A stretch of DNA of 64,000 bases. Source: Acutalibacteraceae bacterium (GTDB lineage: Bacteria > Bacillota > Clostridia > Oscillospirales > Acutalibacteraceae). This document shows, piece by piece, positions 48,231 through 58,034 of the stretch. A program made the position numbers and the translations under genes. The stretch covers positions 7,924-71,923 of the forward strand of contig JAZULQ010000063.1 in assembly GCA_045603185.1 (NCBI GenBank). The letters run 5' to 3'. How positions within the stretch are numbered: position 1 is the stretch's first letter; each line of letters begins with the position of its first letter. The notes under the pieces were generated by a model. The model worked only from the letters and a program-made list of their open reading frames with translations, made no database searches and was not told where the DNA came from.

Positions 48231-48905
48231 TTAAGCAGCCTTAAGGTATTTGAATGCGAGCCAGCCGCAGTTGCCGTTGTATTCAACATAACCCCATTCG
48301 CCACAAACAGCGAGGATTTCAACTTCCGAACCTTTCGGTACTTCGCCGCAACGTTCTGCGCCGTCTTCAGCTTTGATTCTGATACCAAGCGGGTCATCCT
48401 GAGTTGCGATGGTGTATTTACCGACAGCGTATTTGGGAGCTTTGTCTGACAATGAAACTAAATCAAGGTACTTCATTGCAACCCAGCCGCCGATACCTTC
48501 GTAGTTTACATAGCCCCAGTCGCCGTAAACAGCAAGGACTTCTATCTCTGTGCCTTTGGGAATTTCGCCGACTCTCTGACCATCCTGGTCTGCCTGGAGT
48601 CTGATTCCTAAGGGGTCGTCCTTAGTTGCAACTTTGTATTTTCCTGCCTTTGTAGCAACAGTAGTTGTGTTGTTTTTTGTTGTAGAAGGAGCAGTTGTAT
48701 TGTTGCCGGTGGGGTCAACATTTTCAACGATTTCGTTGCTGGGAGCATCAACATCATTTTTGTCCTTGACTTTATCAACAACAACCGCAATGCAGGTGAT
48801 TAAAATAGCGATAACAATTAAAATTGCGGAAATAAACAATATTAAATTATTCTTGTTGCTTAATTTTTCTTTCAAAGTTTCAATTAAGTTTTGAATAAAC
48901 TCCAT
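48231..48905 (-). CDS. Membrane-anchored protein with two tandem bacterial SH3 (SH3b) domains
   Basis: N-terminal TM helix (LILFISAILIVIAILITCIAVVV), a T/N-rich linker, then two modules of about 62 aa ending GDWGYVNYEGIGGWVAMKYL and GEWGYVEYNGNCGWLAFKYL. Confidence 0.75.
   Translation of the reverse strand: MEFIQNLIETLKEKLSNKNNLILFISAILIVIAILITCIAVVVDKVKDKNDVDAPSNEIVENVDPTGNNTTAPSTTKNNTTTVATKAGKYKVATKDDPLGIRLQADQDGQRVGEIPKGTEIEVLAVYGDWGYVNYEGIGGWVAMKYLDLVSLSDKAPKYAVGKYTIATQDDPLGIRIKAEDGAERCGEVPKGSEVEILAVCGEWGYVEYNGNCGWLAFKYLKAA
48240..48644 (-). repeat. Internal tandem duplication encoding the two SH3b modules
   Basis: Residues 88-149 and 162-222 align along their full length: GKYKVATKDDPLGIRLQADQDGQRVGEIPKGTEIEVLAVYGDWGYV versus GKYTIATQDDPLGIRIKAEDGAERCGEVPKGSEVEILAVCGEWGYV. 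Confidence 0.8.
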
Positions 48906-48937
48906 AAAATCACTTTCCTTATAGTTTTTTACAAATT

Positions 48938-48966
48938 CATTATATCAACTTTATTTTTGAAAATCA
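48938..48966 (-). promoter_or_regulatory. Sigma-A promoter of the SH3b / radical SAM operon
   Basis: Minus strand reads TTGATT (48966-48961), a 17-nt spacer, then TATAAT (48943-48938). Confidence 0.6.
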
Positions 48967-49021
48967 ATAGATTTAAACATCTTAAATATATTTATATAAG
49001 TTAAAAAATATAGTTAAAGTG

Positions 49022-49051
49022 TTGATATTTGATACAATTATATGGTATAAT
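49022..49051 (+). promoter_or_regulatory. Sigma-A promoter (extended -10) of ruvCAB
   Basis: TTGATA (49022-49027), an 18-nt spacer, then TGGTATAAT (49043-49051). Confidence 0.6.
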
Positions 49052-49090
49052 AATTTGAAAATTTATTGTCGTGTTTCAGGTGGTGATTTG

Positions 49091-49594
49091 TTGGTTATTT
49101 TCGGTATTGACCCGGGTTATGCAATCGTTGGTTGCGGTATCGTTCGCTACGAGCGTAACGATTTCAGTCTTATGGGATACGGAGCCGTTACAACTGACAA
49201 AGATATGCCTTTTAATCAGCGACTTAAAAAGATTTATGATGACATAACCGAACTTTTAAATAAATTCAAGCCTGATGCTGTAAGTATTGAAAAATTGTAC
49301 TTTAATACTAACCAGAAAACGGCTATTGATGTAGCGCAGGCAAGGGGCGTTATTATACTTGCTGTACAGCAGTCAGGCATACCGATTTTTGAATATACGC
49401 CATTACAGGTTAAGCAGAGTATAGTCGGTTACGGCAGAGCTGAGAAAATTCAGGTTCAGGAGATGACACGAACTTTTCTTCATCTTGATAAAATACCGAA
49501 GCCCGACGATGCCGCGGATGCTCTTGCCCTTGCTATCTGTCACGGACATTCAAGCGGTTCATTAATTTTAAACGCTATCGACAGGAGGAACTGA
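49091..49594 (+). CDS. ruvC: Crossover junction endodeoxyribonuclease RuvC
   Basis: IFGIDPGYAIVGCGIV, EKLYFN and DDAADALALAICH motifs. The AGGTGGTGA SD favours TTG 49091 (or 49088). The track start at 49019 lies within the promoter. Confidence 0.9.
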   Translation: MVIFGIDPGYAIVGCGIVRYERNDFSLMGYGAVTTDKDMPFNQRLKKIYDDITELLNKFKPDAVSIEKLYFNTNQKTAIDVAQARGVIILAVQQSGIPIFEYTPLQVKQSIVGYGRAEKIQVQEMTRTFLHLDKIPKPDDAADALALAICHGHSSGSLILNAIDRRN

Positions 49595-49595
49595 G

Positions 49596-50210
49596 ATGTT
49601 TTACAGCCTTACAGGTAAAATTATACATAAAGGTGAGCAGACTGTTGCTATATCATGTGGCGGTGTTGGTTTCAAATGCTTTACCACGCGCAACACTTTA
49701 GCGACACTTTCATTGCGTGAAACATCGGATGTTACGGTTTTTACCCACCTCAACGTTCGTGAAGATGCCCTTGATTTGTTTGGTTTTGCAACCGAGGAGG
49801 AATTAGAGGCATTCAAATTACTTATCGGTGTTTCCGGTGTTGGACCTAAAGCAGGTCTTGCAATTCTTTCCGAGCTTTCGCCGGACGCTTTTGCTGTTGC
49901 GGTAGCATCAGGTGACGCTAAGGCGATTACTGCTGCAAACGGTGTAGGTCCTAAGCTCGCTCAGCGCATTATTATGGAGCTGAAAGATAAAATTTCAGGC
50001 GTTTCATTCGTTTCGGAAGAAAACGGCGCAGTTGCTAATGCCGTAAATACCGCAAACAGTTTGTCGAACACCTCCGAAGCAATAGCGGCGCTTACATCTT
50101 TAGGATATTCACAGACAGAAGCATCTGTTGCTGTCAGTAAACTTTCACCCGAGCTTTCTGTTGAAGACCTTATAAAAGGTGCTTTGAAAAATATGACATT
50201 ACGATTCTAA
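49596..50210 (+). CDS. ruvA: Holliday junction branch migration complex subunit RuvA
   Basis: MFYSLTGKI N-terminus and HhH motifs (GVSGVGPKAGLAIL, ANGVGPKLAQRI). Confidence 0.92.
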   Translation: MFYSLTGKIIHKGEQTVAISCGGVGFKCFTTRNTLATLSLRETSDVTVFTHLNVREDALDLFGFATEEELEAFKLLIGVSGVGPKAGLAILSELSPDAFAVAVASGDAKAITAANGVGPKLAQRIIMELKDKISGVSFVSEENGAVANAVNTANSLSNTSEAIAALTSLGYSQTEASVAVSKLSPELSVEDLIKGALKNMTLRF

Positions 50211-50222
50211 AGGAGAAATAAA

Positions 50223-51272
50223 ATGGATGATTTCTTCATTGCTGAAGACCAGCGAGTCATTGCTCCCGAATATATTTCGGAAGATAATGATGTTGAAACT
50301 TCATTAAGACCGCATACGCTTGATGAATATATTGGTCAGGAGAAGGCAAAAGAAAATCTTAAAATTTATATTGAAGCGGCAAAGAAAAGACACGAACCTT
50401 TAGACCACGTGCTTTTGTATGGGCCTCCCGGTTTAGGTAAAACTACACTTGCAGGAATTGTTGCTAACGAAATGGGTGTGCAGTTCCGCGTGACTTCAGG
50501 ACCTGCTATTGAAAAGCCCGGTGATTTAGCGGCACTTCTTACAAGCCTGAATGACGGCGATGTTTTGTTTATAGATGAGATACACCGTCTTTCCAGAAGT
50601 ATCGAAGAAGTTTTATATCCGGCTATGGAGGATTTTGCCCTTGATATAATTATCGGTAAAGGTCCGTCGGCACGCTCTATAAGACTTGATTTGAAGAAAT
50701 TTACGCTTATAGGCGCTACAACCCGCGCCGGTCAGCTTTCAGCACCGTTACGTGACAGATTCGGTGTAGTGTTAAGGCTTGAGCTTTATTCACCTGAAGA
50801 GCTTGCTAAAATTGTTCAGCGAAGTGCAGGCATTTTGAATATTGCCGCCGAAAAGGACGGTGCTTTAGAGATTGCTTCGCGCTCAAGGGGAACTCCGCGT
50901 ATTGCCAATAGGCTTTTAAAACGCACACGAGATTATGCTCAGGTAATGGCGGACGGAGTTATAGATGTAGAGAGTGCTCAGAAAGCACTGGAAAGAATGG
51001 AGATTGATGAACTGGGTCTCGACCTTGTTGACAGAAATCTTTTACAAGCCATGATTGAAAATTATAACGGAGGCCCGGTCGGTCTCGATACCATTGCGGC
51101 GCTCATCGGCGAGGAATCCGTTACAATAGAAGACGTTTACGAACCTTACCTTATGCAGCTTGGATTTATTATGAGAACTCCACGTGGCAGAAAGGTAACC
51201 CCGGCAGGGTACAGACATTTAGGTCTTACACCTGTCCAGGACGATGTACAAGGCAGTTTTGAATCTTATTAA
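50223..51272 (+). CDS. ruvB: Holliday junction branch migration DNA helicase RuvB
   Basis: [12 protein letters not shown], Walker [10 protein letters not shown], Walker [10 protein letters not shown], and RTPRGR. Confidence 0.96.
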   Translation: MDDFFIAEDQRVIAPEYISEDNDVETSLRPHTLDEYIGQEKAKENLKIYIEAAKKRHEPLDHVLLYGPPGLGKTTLAGIVANEMGVQFRVTSGPAIEKPGDLAALLTSLNDGDVLFIDEIHRLSRSIEEVLYPAMEDFALDIIIGKGPSARSIRLDLKKFTLIGATTRAGQLSAPLRDRFGVVLRLELYSPEELAKIVQRSAGILNIAAEKDGALEIASRSRGTPRIANRLLKRTRDYAQVMADGVIDVESAQKALERMEIDELGLDLVDRNLLQAMIENYNGGPVGLDTIAALIGEESVTIEDVYEPYLMQLGFIMRTPRGRKVTPAGYRHLGLTPVQDDVQGSFESY

Positions 51273-51293
51273 TAATTAATGGAGTGATTTATT

Positions 51294-52667
51294 ATGGGTA
51301 GACTTTTTGGTACTGACGGCGCAAGAGGCGTCGCTAACACTGAACTTACTTGTGAACTTGCCATGAATATAGGAAGAGCTGCGGCAATGGTTCTTACACA
51401 GCACACCAATAAAAGACCTAAAGTTCTTATTGGTATGGATACTCGTGCATCTTCTCAGATGCTTGAATCTGCAATTTCTGCAGGTCTTTGCTCAGTAGGC
51501 GCTGATGTAATGCTTCTCGGCGAAATTCCTACTCCTGCTGTTGCATATCTTGTAAAAAAATATGAGTATGATGCAGCTGTAATGATTTCTGCTTCCCATA
51601 ACCCTTGCGAATATAACGGAATTAAGATTTTCCAGGGAACAGGTTATAAGCTTCCCGATGCACTTGAAGAAGAAATCGAAAGCATAATTCTCGATAAAAC
51701 ACAAATTCCTCCTGTTAAAGTAGGTGGTGAAGTCGGTAGAATTACTCGTTCCAGAACGTCAATTATTGATTATGTTAAATATCTTACAGATGTTGCTGAG
51801 GATGAGTTGGAAGAATACGGCTTAAAGAACTTCAGCGGTCTTAAAATAGCCGTTGACTGTTCAAACGGTGCTTCATCAATTACCGCACCCCGAATTTTTA
51901 TGAATCTTTGTGATGATTGTTTCTTTATGGCTTGCCATCCTAACGGTACAAACATTAACGAAAAATGTGGTTCAACACATCTTGAGGTTTTGCAGGATTT
52001 CGTTGTCAGAAATAGCTGTGATGTTGGTCTTGCCTTTGACGGCGACGCTGACCGTTTCCTTGCTGTTGATGAAAACGGCGATGTTGTTGACGGTGATAAG
52101 CTTATAGCAATTTTTGCAAAGCATATGAAAGCCAAAGGCAAGCTTAAGAATAATGCGGCGGTTGTTACTGTAATGAGTAATATGGGCTTCTTCAAATTCT
52201 GTGAAGATAACGATATCCATTGTGAGAAAACAAAAGTCGGTGACCGTTACGTTCTTGAAAATATGCTTGAAAATGATTTTGTAATCGGCGGTGAGCAGTC
52301 AGGTCATATTATTTTCCGAGACTTTGCAACAACTGGTGACGGCGAGCTTTCTGCTCTCAAGCTTCTCTGCGTTATGAAAGAAACAGGCAAAAAGCTTTCT
52401 GAACTTGCTGATGAAATGGAAGTTTTCCCGCAGGTGCTTGTTAATGTCCGTGTTTCTGACTTTGGTAAAGCAAGATTCCCGAGAGATAAAGAAGTTAAAA
52501 ACGCTATTGAAGCCGCAGAAAAAGAACTCGGTAGCGAAGGCAGAGTTCTTGTACGTGTTTCAGGTACAGAACCCCTTGTTCGAGTTATGCTCGAAGGTAA
52601 GGACGAAGAAAAAATCAATGTTCTTGCGCAAGAAATTGCACAAGTTGTCAGGGAGAGATTACTTTAA
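51294..52667 (+). CDS. glmM: Phosphoglucosamine mutase
   Basis: FGTDGARG N-terminus, phosphoserine loop SASHNPCEYNGIK, and FDGDADR and GGEQSGH motifs. Confidence 0.95.
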   Translation: MGRLFGTDGARGVANTELTCELAMNIGRAAAMVLTQHTNKRPKVLIGMDTRASSQMLESAISAGLCSVGADVMLLGEIPTPAVAYLVKKYEYDAAVMISASHNPCEYNGIKIFQGTGYKLPDALEEEIESIILDKTQIPPVKVGGEVGRITRSRTSIIDYVKYLTDVAEDELEEYGLKNFSGLKIAVDCSNGASSITAPRIFMNLCDDCFFMACHPNGTNINEKCGSTHLEVLQDFVVRNSCDVGLAFDGDADRFLAVDENGDVVDGDKLIAIFAKHMKAKGKLKNNAAVVTVMSNMGFFKFCEDNDIHCEKTKVGDRYVLENMLENDFVIGGEQSGHIIFRDFATTGDGELSALKLLCVMKETGKKLSELADEMEVFPQVLVNVRVSDFGKARFPRDKEVKNAIEAAEKELGSEGRVLVRVSGTEPLVRVMLEGKDEEKINVLAQEIAQVVRERLL

Positions 52668-53533
52668 TGCGAGTTTCCGACGGATGGAAAGATTACGAGC
52701 TTATTGACTGTTCGGATGGCGAAAGATTAGAGCGTTGGGGCGATATATTTCTTATAAGACCCGATCCTCAGGCACTTTGGAATACTAAGCGCGATAATGC
52801 ACTTTGGAAAAATGCACACGCAAGATATGTGCGCTCTAACCAGGGTGGCGGTGCATGGCAGTTTTATAAAAAGATACCCGAAGTGTGGCAAATCGGTTAT
52901 AAAGATTTACGTTTTAATTTAAAACCTATGGGCTTCAAGCATACCGGTGTCTTTACCGAACAGGCTTGTAACTGGGATTTAGTTGCGGATATTATAGAAA
53001 AAAGTGGCAGAAAAGATGTCAAAGTTCTTAATCTTTTTGCTTATACCGGGGCAGCAACTGTCAGTGCTCTTTTAAAAGGTGCTTCGGTTGTGCATGTTGA
53101 TGCTTCCAAGGGTATGGTACAGTGGGCAAAGGAAAATGCGGTTTCAACCGGCGTTGCAGACAGAAATGTACGTTGGATTGTTGACGACTGTATGAAATTT
53201 GTTGCCCGTGAGATTCGCCGCGGAAATAAGTATGACATTATAATTATGGACCCGCCTTCATACGGCAGGGGTCCCGGTGGAGAAGTCTGGAAACTTGAAA
53301 ATGAAATATACGGCTTTGTTGATAGCTGTAAGGAGCTTTTGAAGGATGATTCTTTGGCGGTACTTATTAATTCATATACCGCCGGTGTATCTCCTGCGGT
53401 AATGAGCTATATACTTAACTCAACCGTAGCCAAAAGATTCGGAGGTAAAGCCGAAGCTGATGAAATCGGTTTGCCTGTAACTGAGAGCGGACTCGTTCTT
53501 CCTTGCGGTTCAACAGCAGTTTGGACAAAATAA
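52667..53533 (+). CDS. Class I SAM-dependent methyltransferase (RlmI/RlmK-like, Methyltrans_SAM type)
   Basis: SAM-binding NLFAYTGAATV, an acidic loop HVDASK, and IIMDPPSYG (DPP[FY] motif). Confidence 0.7.
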   Translation: MRVSDGWKDYELIDCSDGERLERWGDIFLIRPDPQALWNTKRDNALWKNAHARYVRSNQGGGAWQFYKKIPEVWQIGYKDLRFNLKPMGFKHTGVFTEQACNWDLVADIIEKSGRKDVKVLNLFAYTGAATVSALLKGASVVHVDASKGMVQWAKENAVSTGVADRNVRWIVDDCMKFVAREIRRGNKYDIIIMDPPSYGRGPGGEVWKLENEIYGFVDSCKELLKDDSLAVLINSYTAGVSPAVMSYILNSTVAKRFGGKAEADEIGLPVTESGLVLPCGSTAVWTK

Positions 53534-53535
53534 AT

Positions 53536-54378
53536 ATGAACAAAATTATTGAATTTAAAAACGTCACTTTCAAGTATTCCGATGAAGAAAGTGAAGTATT
53601 AAAAAATCTGAATTTAGATTTTTATGAAGGGCAGTTTACCTGCGTTCTCGGTCACAACGGTTCGGGAAAGTCAACTATGGCTAAGCTTATAAATGCCTTG
53701 CTTATTCCTACGGATGGTGAAGTTTTATCCTACGGTTTTAATACTAAGGATGAAAAGAATGAGATAAATATCCGTCGTAACGTTGGTATGGTTTTCCAGA
53801 ATCCGGATAATCAGATTGTCGCAACCATTGTTGAAGATGATGTTGCTTTCGGTCCGGAAAACCTGGGTATACATCGCGACGAGATACGAAAAAGGGTAGA
53901 CGAAGCCTTAAAAATCGTTAATATGTATGAATACCGCGGTCATGAGCCACATCGGCTTTCGGGCGGTCAGAAGCAGCGTGTTGCCATTGCCGGTATTATT
54001 GCTATGCAAACAAAGTGCATTGTTCTTGATGAACCAACAGCTATGCTTGACCCAAAAGGCAGACGTGAGGTTATGGATGCGCTTTTAAAGCTAAAGGCTG
54101 ATTTGGGAATTACTGTTATTCTCGTTACACATTTTATGGATGAGGCGGTTAAAGCTGATAGAGTCGTTGTTATGAATGACGGCGAAATCTGTCTTGACGG
54201 AACACCGCAGTCGGTATTTGAGAATGCGGAATTGCTTAAATCTATCGGTCTTACTGTTCCGAAGCCGCTTGAGCTTGCCGTTGAGTTGAGAAAAGCCGGT
54301 ATTGATATTGGTGGTTCGCCGCTGACCGGCAAGGATTTCGTTGAAGAATTTAAAGAATTTACTAAAAACAGAGGTTGA
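53536..54378 (+). CDS. ecfA1: Energy-coupling factor transporter ATPase EcfA1
   Basis: Walker A GHNGSGKST, signature LSGGQKQR and Walker B VLDEPT. The ecfA-ecfA'-ecfT-truA order is conserved in Firmicutes. Confidence 0.9.
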   Translation: MNKIIEFKNVTFKYSDEESEVLKNLNLDFYEGQFTCVLGHNGSGKSTMAKLINALLIPTDGEVLSYGFNTKDEKNEINIRRNVGMVFQNPDNQIVATIVEDDVAFGPENLGIHRDEIRKRVDEALKIVNMYEYRGHEPHRLSGGQKQRVAIAGIIAMQTKCIVLDEPTAMLDPKGRREVMDALLKLKADLGITVILVTHFMDEAVKADRVVVMNDGEICLDGTPQSVFENAELLKSIGLTVPKPLELAVELRKAGIDIGGSPLTGKDFVEEFKEFTKNRG

Positions 54379-54382
54379 AAAA

Positions 54383-55246
54383 ATGTCCGTTCTTTCCGTT
54401 AAAAATTTAATATACGGATACTCAAAAGGTACTCCTTTTGAAAAAGGTGCTTTGAATGATGTCAGCGCAGACTTTGAAAAAGGTGAGATTGTTGCCGTTA
54501 TCGGTCATACCGGTTCGGGTAAAAGTACACTTTTGCAGCATCTTAACGGGCTTTTGAAACCTGATTCCGGTGAAGTCCTGTTTGAAGGTAAAAGTATTCA
54601 CGAATCTAAGTCATCGTTACGCGCTTGTCGATTTAATGTAGGGCTTTGCTTCCAGTATCCTGAACAGCAGTTATTTGAGTCTACTGTTTATAAGGATATA
54701 GCTTTCGGACCTTCAAATATGGGGCTTGACGATGATGAGATTAAAAGACGCGTTTATGAGTCTATTAATTACGTGGGTCTCAGCGAGGATTATCTTGAAA
54801 AATCGCCCTTTGACCTTTCGGGCGGTGAAAAGAGAAGGGTAGCTATTGCCGGTGTTATATCAATGCAGCCCAAGGTTCTGATTCTCGATGAACCTACCGC
54901 CGGTCTTGACCCGTTAGGTAAAGCCAATTTATTGAAATTAATAAAAGATTATAATGATAGGACAGGAAATACAGTTGTTTTCGTGTCACATAATATGGAT
55001 GATGTCGCTTCAGTGGCTCAGAGAGTAATTGTAATGAGCGAGGGCAAAATCGTCCTTAACGGTAGTGTCGATGAAGTGTATTCTCAGGGTGAAAAGTTGG
55101 CTGGATTAGGTCTTGATATTCCTGAAATAACTGCGCTTTTTATTGAGCTGAAGAATGCCGGTTATGATTTAGGTCATACCGAGTACACTGTTGAAGGCGC
55201 TAAGAACGCTATTATCAAATCTCTCTCGAAAGGGGGAGCGTTATGA
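54383..55246 (+). CDS. ecfA2: Energy-coupling factor transporter ATPase EcfA2
   Basis: Walker A GHTGSGKST, signature LSGGEKRR and Walker B ILDEPT. ATG 54383 follows the ecfA1 stop. Confidence 0.9.
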   Translation: MSVLSVKNLIYGYSKGTPFEKGALNDVSADFEKGEIVAVIGHTGSGKSTLLQHLNGLLKPDSGEVLFEGKSIHESKSSLRACRFNVGLCFQYPEQQLFESTVYKDIAFGPSNMGLDDDEIKRRVYESINYVGLSEDYLEKSPFDLSGGEKRRVAIAGVISMQPKVLILDEPTAGLDPLGKANLLKLIKDYNDRTGNTVVFVSHNMDDVASVAQRVIVMSEGKIVLNGSVDEVYSQGEKLAGLGLDIPEITALFIELKNAGYDLGHTEYTVEGAKNAIIKSLSKGGAL

Positions 55247-56058
55247 TAAAAGATATTACAATCGGTCAGTATTTCCCGGGAAAATCCTTTATTCATAAAC
55301 TGGATGCCAGAACTAAACTTATTCTGACTGTTGCTTTCCTTGTTATGATTTTCATCTGTAAGAACTTCTGGTCCTTAGGGCTTGTTTCAGGCTTTGGAAT
55401 TGTAGTTTATCTCACTTCAAGAATTTCACCTAAGGTTATTTTAAAAAGCTTTAAGCCACTGATACCCATAGTTTTGCTGACTACGGTTTTACAGCTTTAT
55501 TATATTAAAGAAGGTACAGTTCTTTTTGAATGGAAATTTATCAGTATAACAGATAAAGGTGTTTTTACGGCTATTTTTATCTGTGTAAGAATTTTAACAC
55601 TTCTTCTTATAAGCTCTTTGCTTACTTATACCACTGCGCCTACTGATTTGACCGACGGTATCGAGAAGCTTCTTTCACCTTTGAAGATTTTTAAAATCGA
55701 AGTCCATACTTTTGCAACGATGATGACTATTGCGCTCAGATTCATTCCCACGCTTATTGATGAGATTGACAGAATTATGTCAGCGCAAAAGGCAAGAGGC
55801 GCAGACCTTGAAACAGGTAACATTGTAAAACGAATAAAGGCATTATTTCCCATTTTTGTTCCTTTGTTTGTTTCGGCATTTAAGCGAGCCATAGAGCTTG
55901 CTGATGCTATGTCTTGCCGTTGTTATACCGGTGGAGACGGAAGAACTCGACTTCGTCAGATGAAGTTTACCTGGCGAGATGTTGTTGCGGGTGTCATCAC
56001 TGTATTGGTATGCGTTTTGCTGATACTCTTGAATATTAATTTTGATCATTTAATTTAA
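55243..56058 (+). CDS. ecfT: Energy-coupling factor transporter transmembrane protein EcfT
   Basis: Polytopic membrane protein with the CbiQ-type ARG motifs (AQKARGADL). Confidence 0.88.
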   Translation: MIKDITIGQYFPGKSFIHKLDARTKLILTVAFLVMIFICKNFWSLGLVSGFGIVVYLTSRISPKVILKSFKPLIPIVLLTTVLQLYYIKEGTVLFEWKFISITDKGVFTAIFICVRILTLLLISSLLTYTTAPTDLTDGIEKLLSPLKIFKIEVHTFATMMTIALRFIPTLIDEIDRIMSAQKARGADLETGNIVKRIKALFPIFVPLFVSAFKRAIELADAMSCRCYTGGDGRTRLRQMKFTWRDVVAGVITVLVCVLLILLNINFDHLI

Positions 56059-56062
56059 AGCT

Positions 56063-56821
56063 ATGAGAAATTTATTGTTTAAAGCAGCCTTCGACGGTTC
56101 TGCTTTTCATGGATGGCAGCAACAAGAGAATGCTGTTACAGTCCAGGGTGAGTTGAAAAACGCCTGGCAGAGATTAACCGGTGAGGTTCCTAATATAATC
56201 GGTTGCAGCAGAACCGATGCAGGTGTTCACGCAAAGGAATATTACTTTAACGTAAGAACCGATAGCACAATTCCGTGTGAGAGTTTTCCTGTTGCTCTTA
56301 CATCGGCAAAGCTCCCCGGTGAAATTTCCGTTATATCTTGCAAAGAAGTTGACTATGATTTTAATGCAAGGTTTGATTGTGAGAAAAAAGAATATATTTA
56401 CGTGTTCGAAAACACAAAGGTTGCATCACCCTTTAATTATAAAAGAGCATTGAACTATAAATATGATATGGATGTTCAGTTGATGGATAAAGCGGCTAAG
56501 CATTTTATTGGCGAGCACGATTTTTCTGCCTTCTGTGCTTCCGGTGCCGAGGTTCTTTCTAAAGTAAGGACTATTTATAGTGCCGATGTCCGTCGTGACG
56601 GTGATTTTGTAGTGTTCAGCGTATGCGGAAATGGTTTTTTGTATAATATGGTTCGTATTATGGCAGGAACACTTCTTTATGTTAATAACGGGAAAATTTC
56701 TGAAAATGAAATCCCGGACATAATATTGAATAAGGATAGAACAGCCGCGGGTATTACTGCACCGCCCGATGGTTTGTATCTTAATAAAGTTTACTTTTCA
56801 GGAGAAAAAAATGAAGGTTAA
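56063..56821 (+). CDS. truA: tRNA pseudouridine(38-40) synthase
   Basis: GWQQQ and catalytic GCSRTDAGVHA, plus HDFSAF and MVRIMAGTL. Confidence 0.93.
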   Translation: MRNLLFKAAFDGSAFHGWQQQENAVTVQGELKNAWQRLTGEVPNIIGCSRTDAGVHAKEYYFNVRTDSTIPCESFPVALTSAKLPGEISVISCKEVDYDFNARFDCEKKEYIYVFENTKVASPFNYKRALNYKYDMDVQLMDKAAKHFIGEHDFSAFCASGAEVLSKVRTIYSADVRRDGDFVVFSVCGNGFLYNMVRIMAGTLLYVNNGKISENEIPDIILNKDRTAAGITAPPDGLYLNKVYFSGEKNEG

Positions 56822-58022
56822 GTTTACCGAACTAAAAAGTGGATATAAAGGTGAACACAGAGTTTCGCGTTTTTCTAAGAAGACAAAAAGCAAAGCGATT
56901 ATTGTCGGTGTGCTTGTTGCGGTTTTTGTATTTGTGTACATATTGTCTTCTGTCGGTGTTATACCGTTAAGTGCGTTATGGGTAAAGGCGAAGGTGTCCC
57001 TATCAGGTGACAGCGAGCGTTTTCCTATTGCTGTCAATACGGAATCCACACTTAATACCGATATTATCGGCGATAGCATTATAATATTGACCTCGGAAAA
57101 TGTAGCTGTGTATTCACCAGGCGGTAAATTGGTTTTTTCTCAGCCGCATGTTTATACTAAACCCGGAATTTCCGTGAATGGCGATAAAGCCATTATTTTT
57201 GACCGTAGCGGAAAAGGTTTTATGCTTGTAACTGATAAAAAACTGGTGTATGAAGGAGAAGCGGATAATATAATTATCTCAGCTGAGTACGGTAATGACG
57301 GCAGCTATGCTTTAGGAACAAAAGCAAAATCTGCTACCAGTGCACTGAGTGTTTATAATAAAAGCAACAAAATGGTTTTTCAGTGGAATTGTGCTTATGA
57401 AAACATAGTTTCTATCGCGCTTTCCGATAACGGTAAGTTTATAGGCGTAGCTACATTGGGTGCCGAGAACGGAACACTCTTTACTACCGTTCAGTATTTT
57501 GGTGTTGATTATAAAGAAGCGTTAAATACCCAGAAGATACAAGGCGTTGCACCGTTTGACCTTGAATTTACAGCTTATAATACTTTGACGATGATATCTC
57601 ATGTTGGTGTTTATAATATAAACCGTAACGACGAAGCGTACACCGAAACACTCAAATATTATTCATCGGAGTTTAATTCGTGCGATATCTCCGGAAAGGG
57701 TAATTATGTTGTTTCATTAGCTAAATACGGCAGTGAAAATGTTTTTGAGATTTTAGTATATAAATCTAAGGGGCAACTTAAAACAACAATTTCAGCTAAT
57801 TATGAAATTAAAAGTGTTCGTATGAGCGATAAATATATATTCGCTTTAGCTGAAGATTGTATAACAGTTTATGATTTGAACGGTAAAATCGTATCGGAGA
57901 TTAATTATAAAGGTGAGGCATTTTCGGTTCTTCCTACTGACGATTTTGCTTTTATAACATCACTTGATAAAATTACAAGATGTTTCTCTTACGGTGATTC
58001 TTCTGTTGAATTAAGTTCCTGA
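56811..58022 (+). CDS. Membrane-anchored beta-rich protein of unknown function (DUF5711-like)
   Basis: ATG 56811 has a GGAG SD and overlaps the truA end. One TM helix (AIIVGVLVAVFVFVYILSSVGV) is followed by about 330 aa of repetitive beta-strand-like sequence. Confidence 0.45.
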   Translation: MKVKFTELKSGYKGEHRVSRFSKKTKSKAIIVGVLVAVFVFVYILSSVGVIPLSALWVKAKVSLSGDSERFPIAVNTESTLNTDIIGDSIIILTSENVAVYSPGGKLVFSQPHVYTKPGISVNGDKAIIFDRSGKGFMLVTDKKLVYEGEADNIIISAEYGNDGSYALGTKAKSATSALSVYNKSNKMVFQWNCAYENIVSIALSDNGKFIGVATLGAENGTLFTTVQYFGVDYKEALNTQKIQGVAPFDLEFTAYNTLTMISHVGVYNINRNDEAYTETLKYYSSEFNSCDISGKGNYVVSLAKYGSENVFEILVYKSKGQLKTTISANYEIKSVRMSDKYIFALAEDCITVYDLNGKIVSEINYKGEAFSVLPTDDFAFITSLDKITRCFSYGDSSVELSS

Positions 58023-58034
58023 TTCGGAGGCTTT

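Noticed and set aside
48227-48397. N-terminal 57 codons of track ORF 47336-48397 (radical SAM)
   Set aside because: This part would overlap the SH3b gene by 167 nt. PflX-type proteins begin at the CxxCPRxC motif, which follows ATG 48226.
47988-48449. 153-aa plus-strand ORF overlapping the radical SAM and SH3b genes
   Set aside because: It is antisense to two genes with clear domain signatures and has no SD or promoter.
49019-49090. Upstream extension of ruvC in the ORF track
   Set aside because: The extension begins within the -35 element of the predicted promoter. RuvC proteins start just before the GIDPG motif, and an SD precedes TTG 49091.
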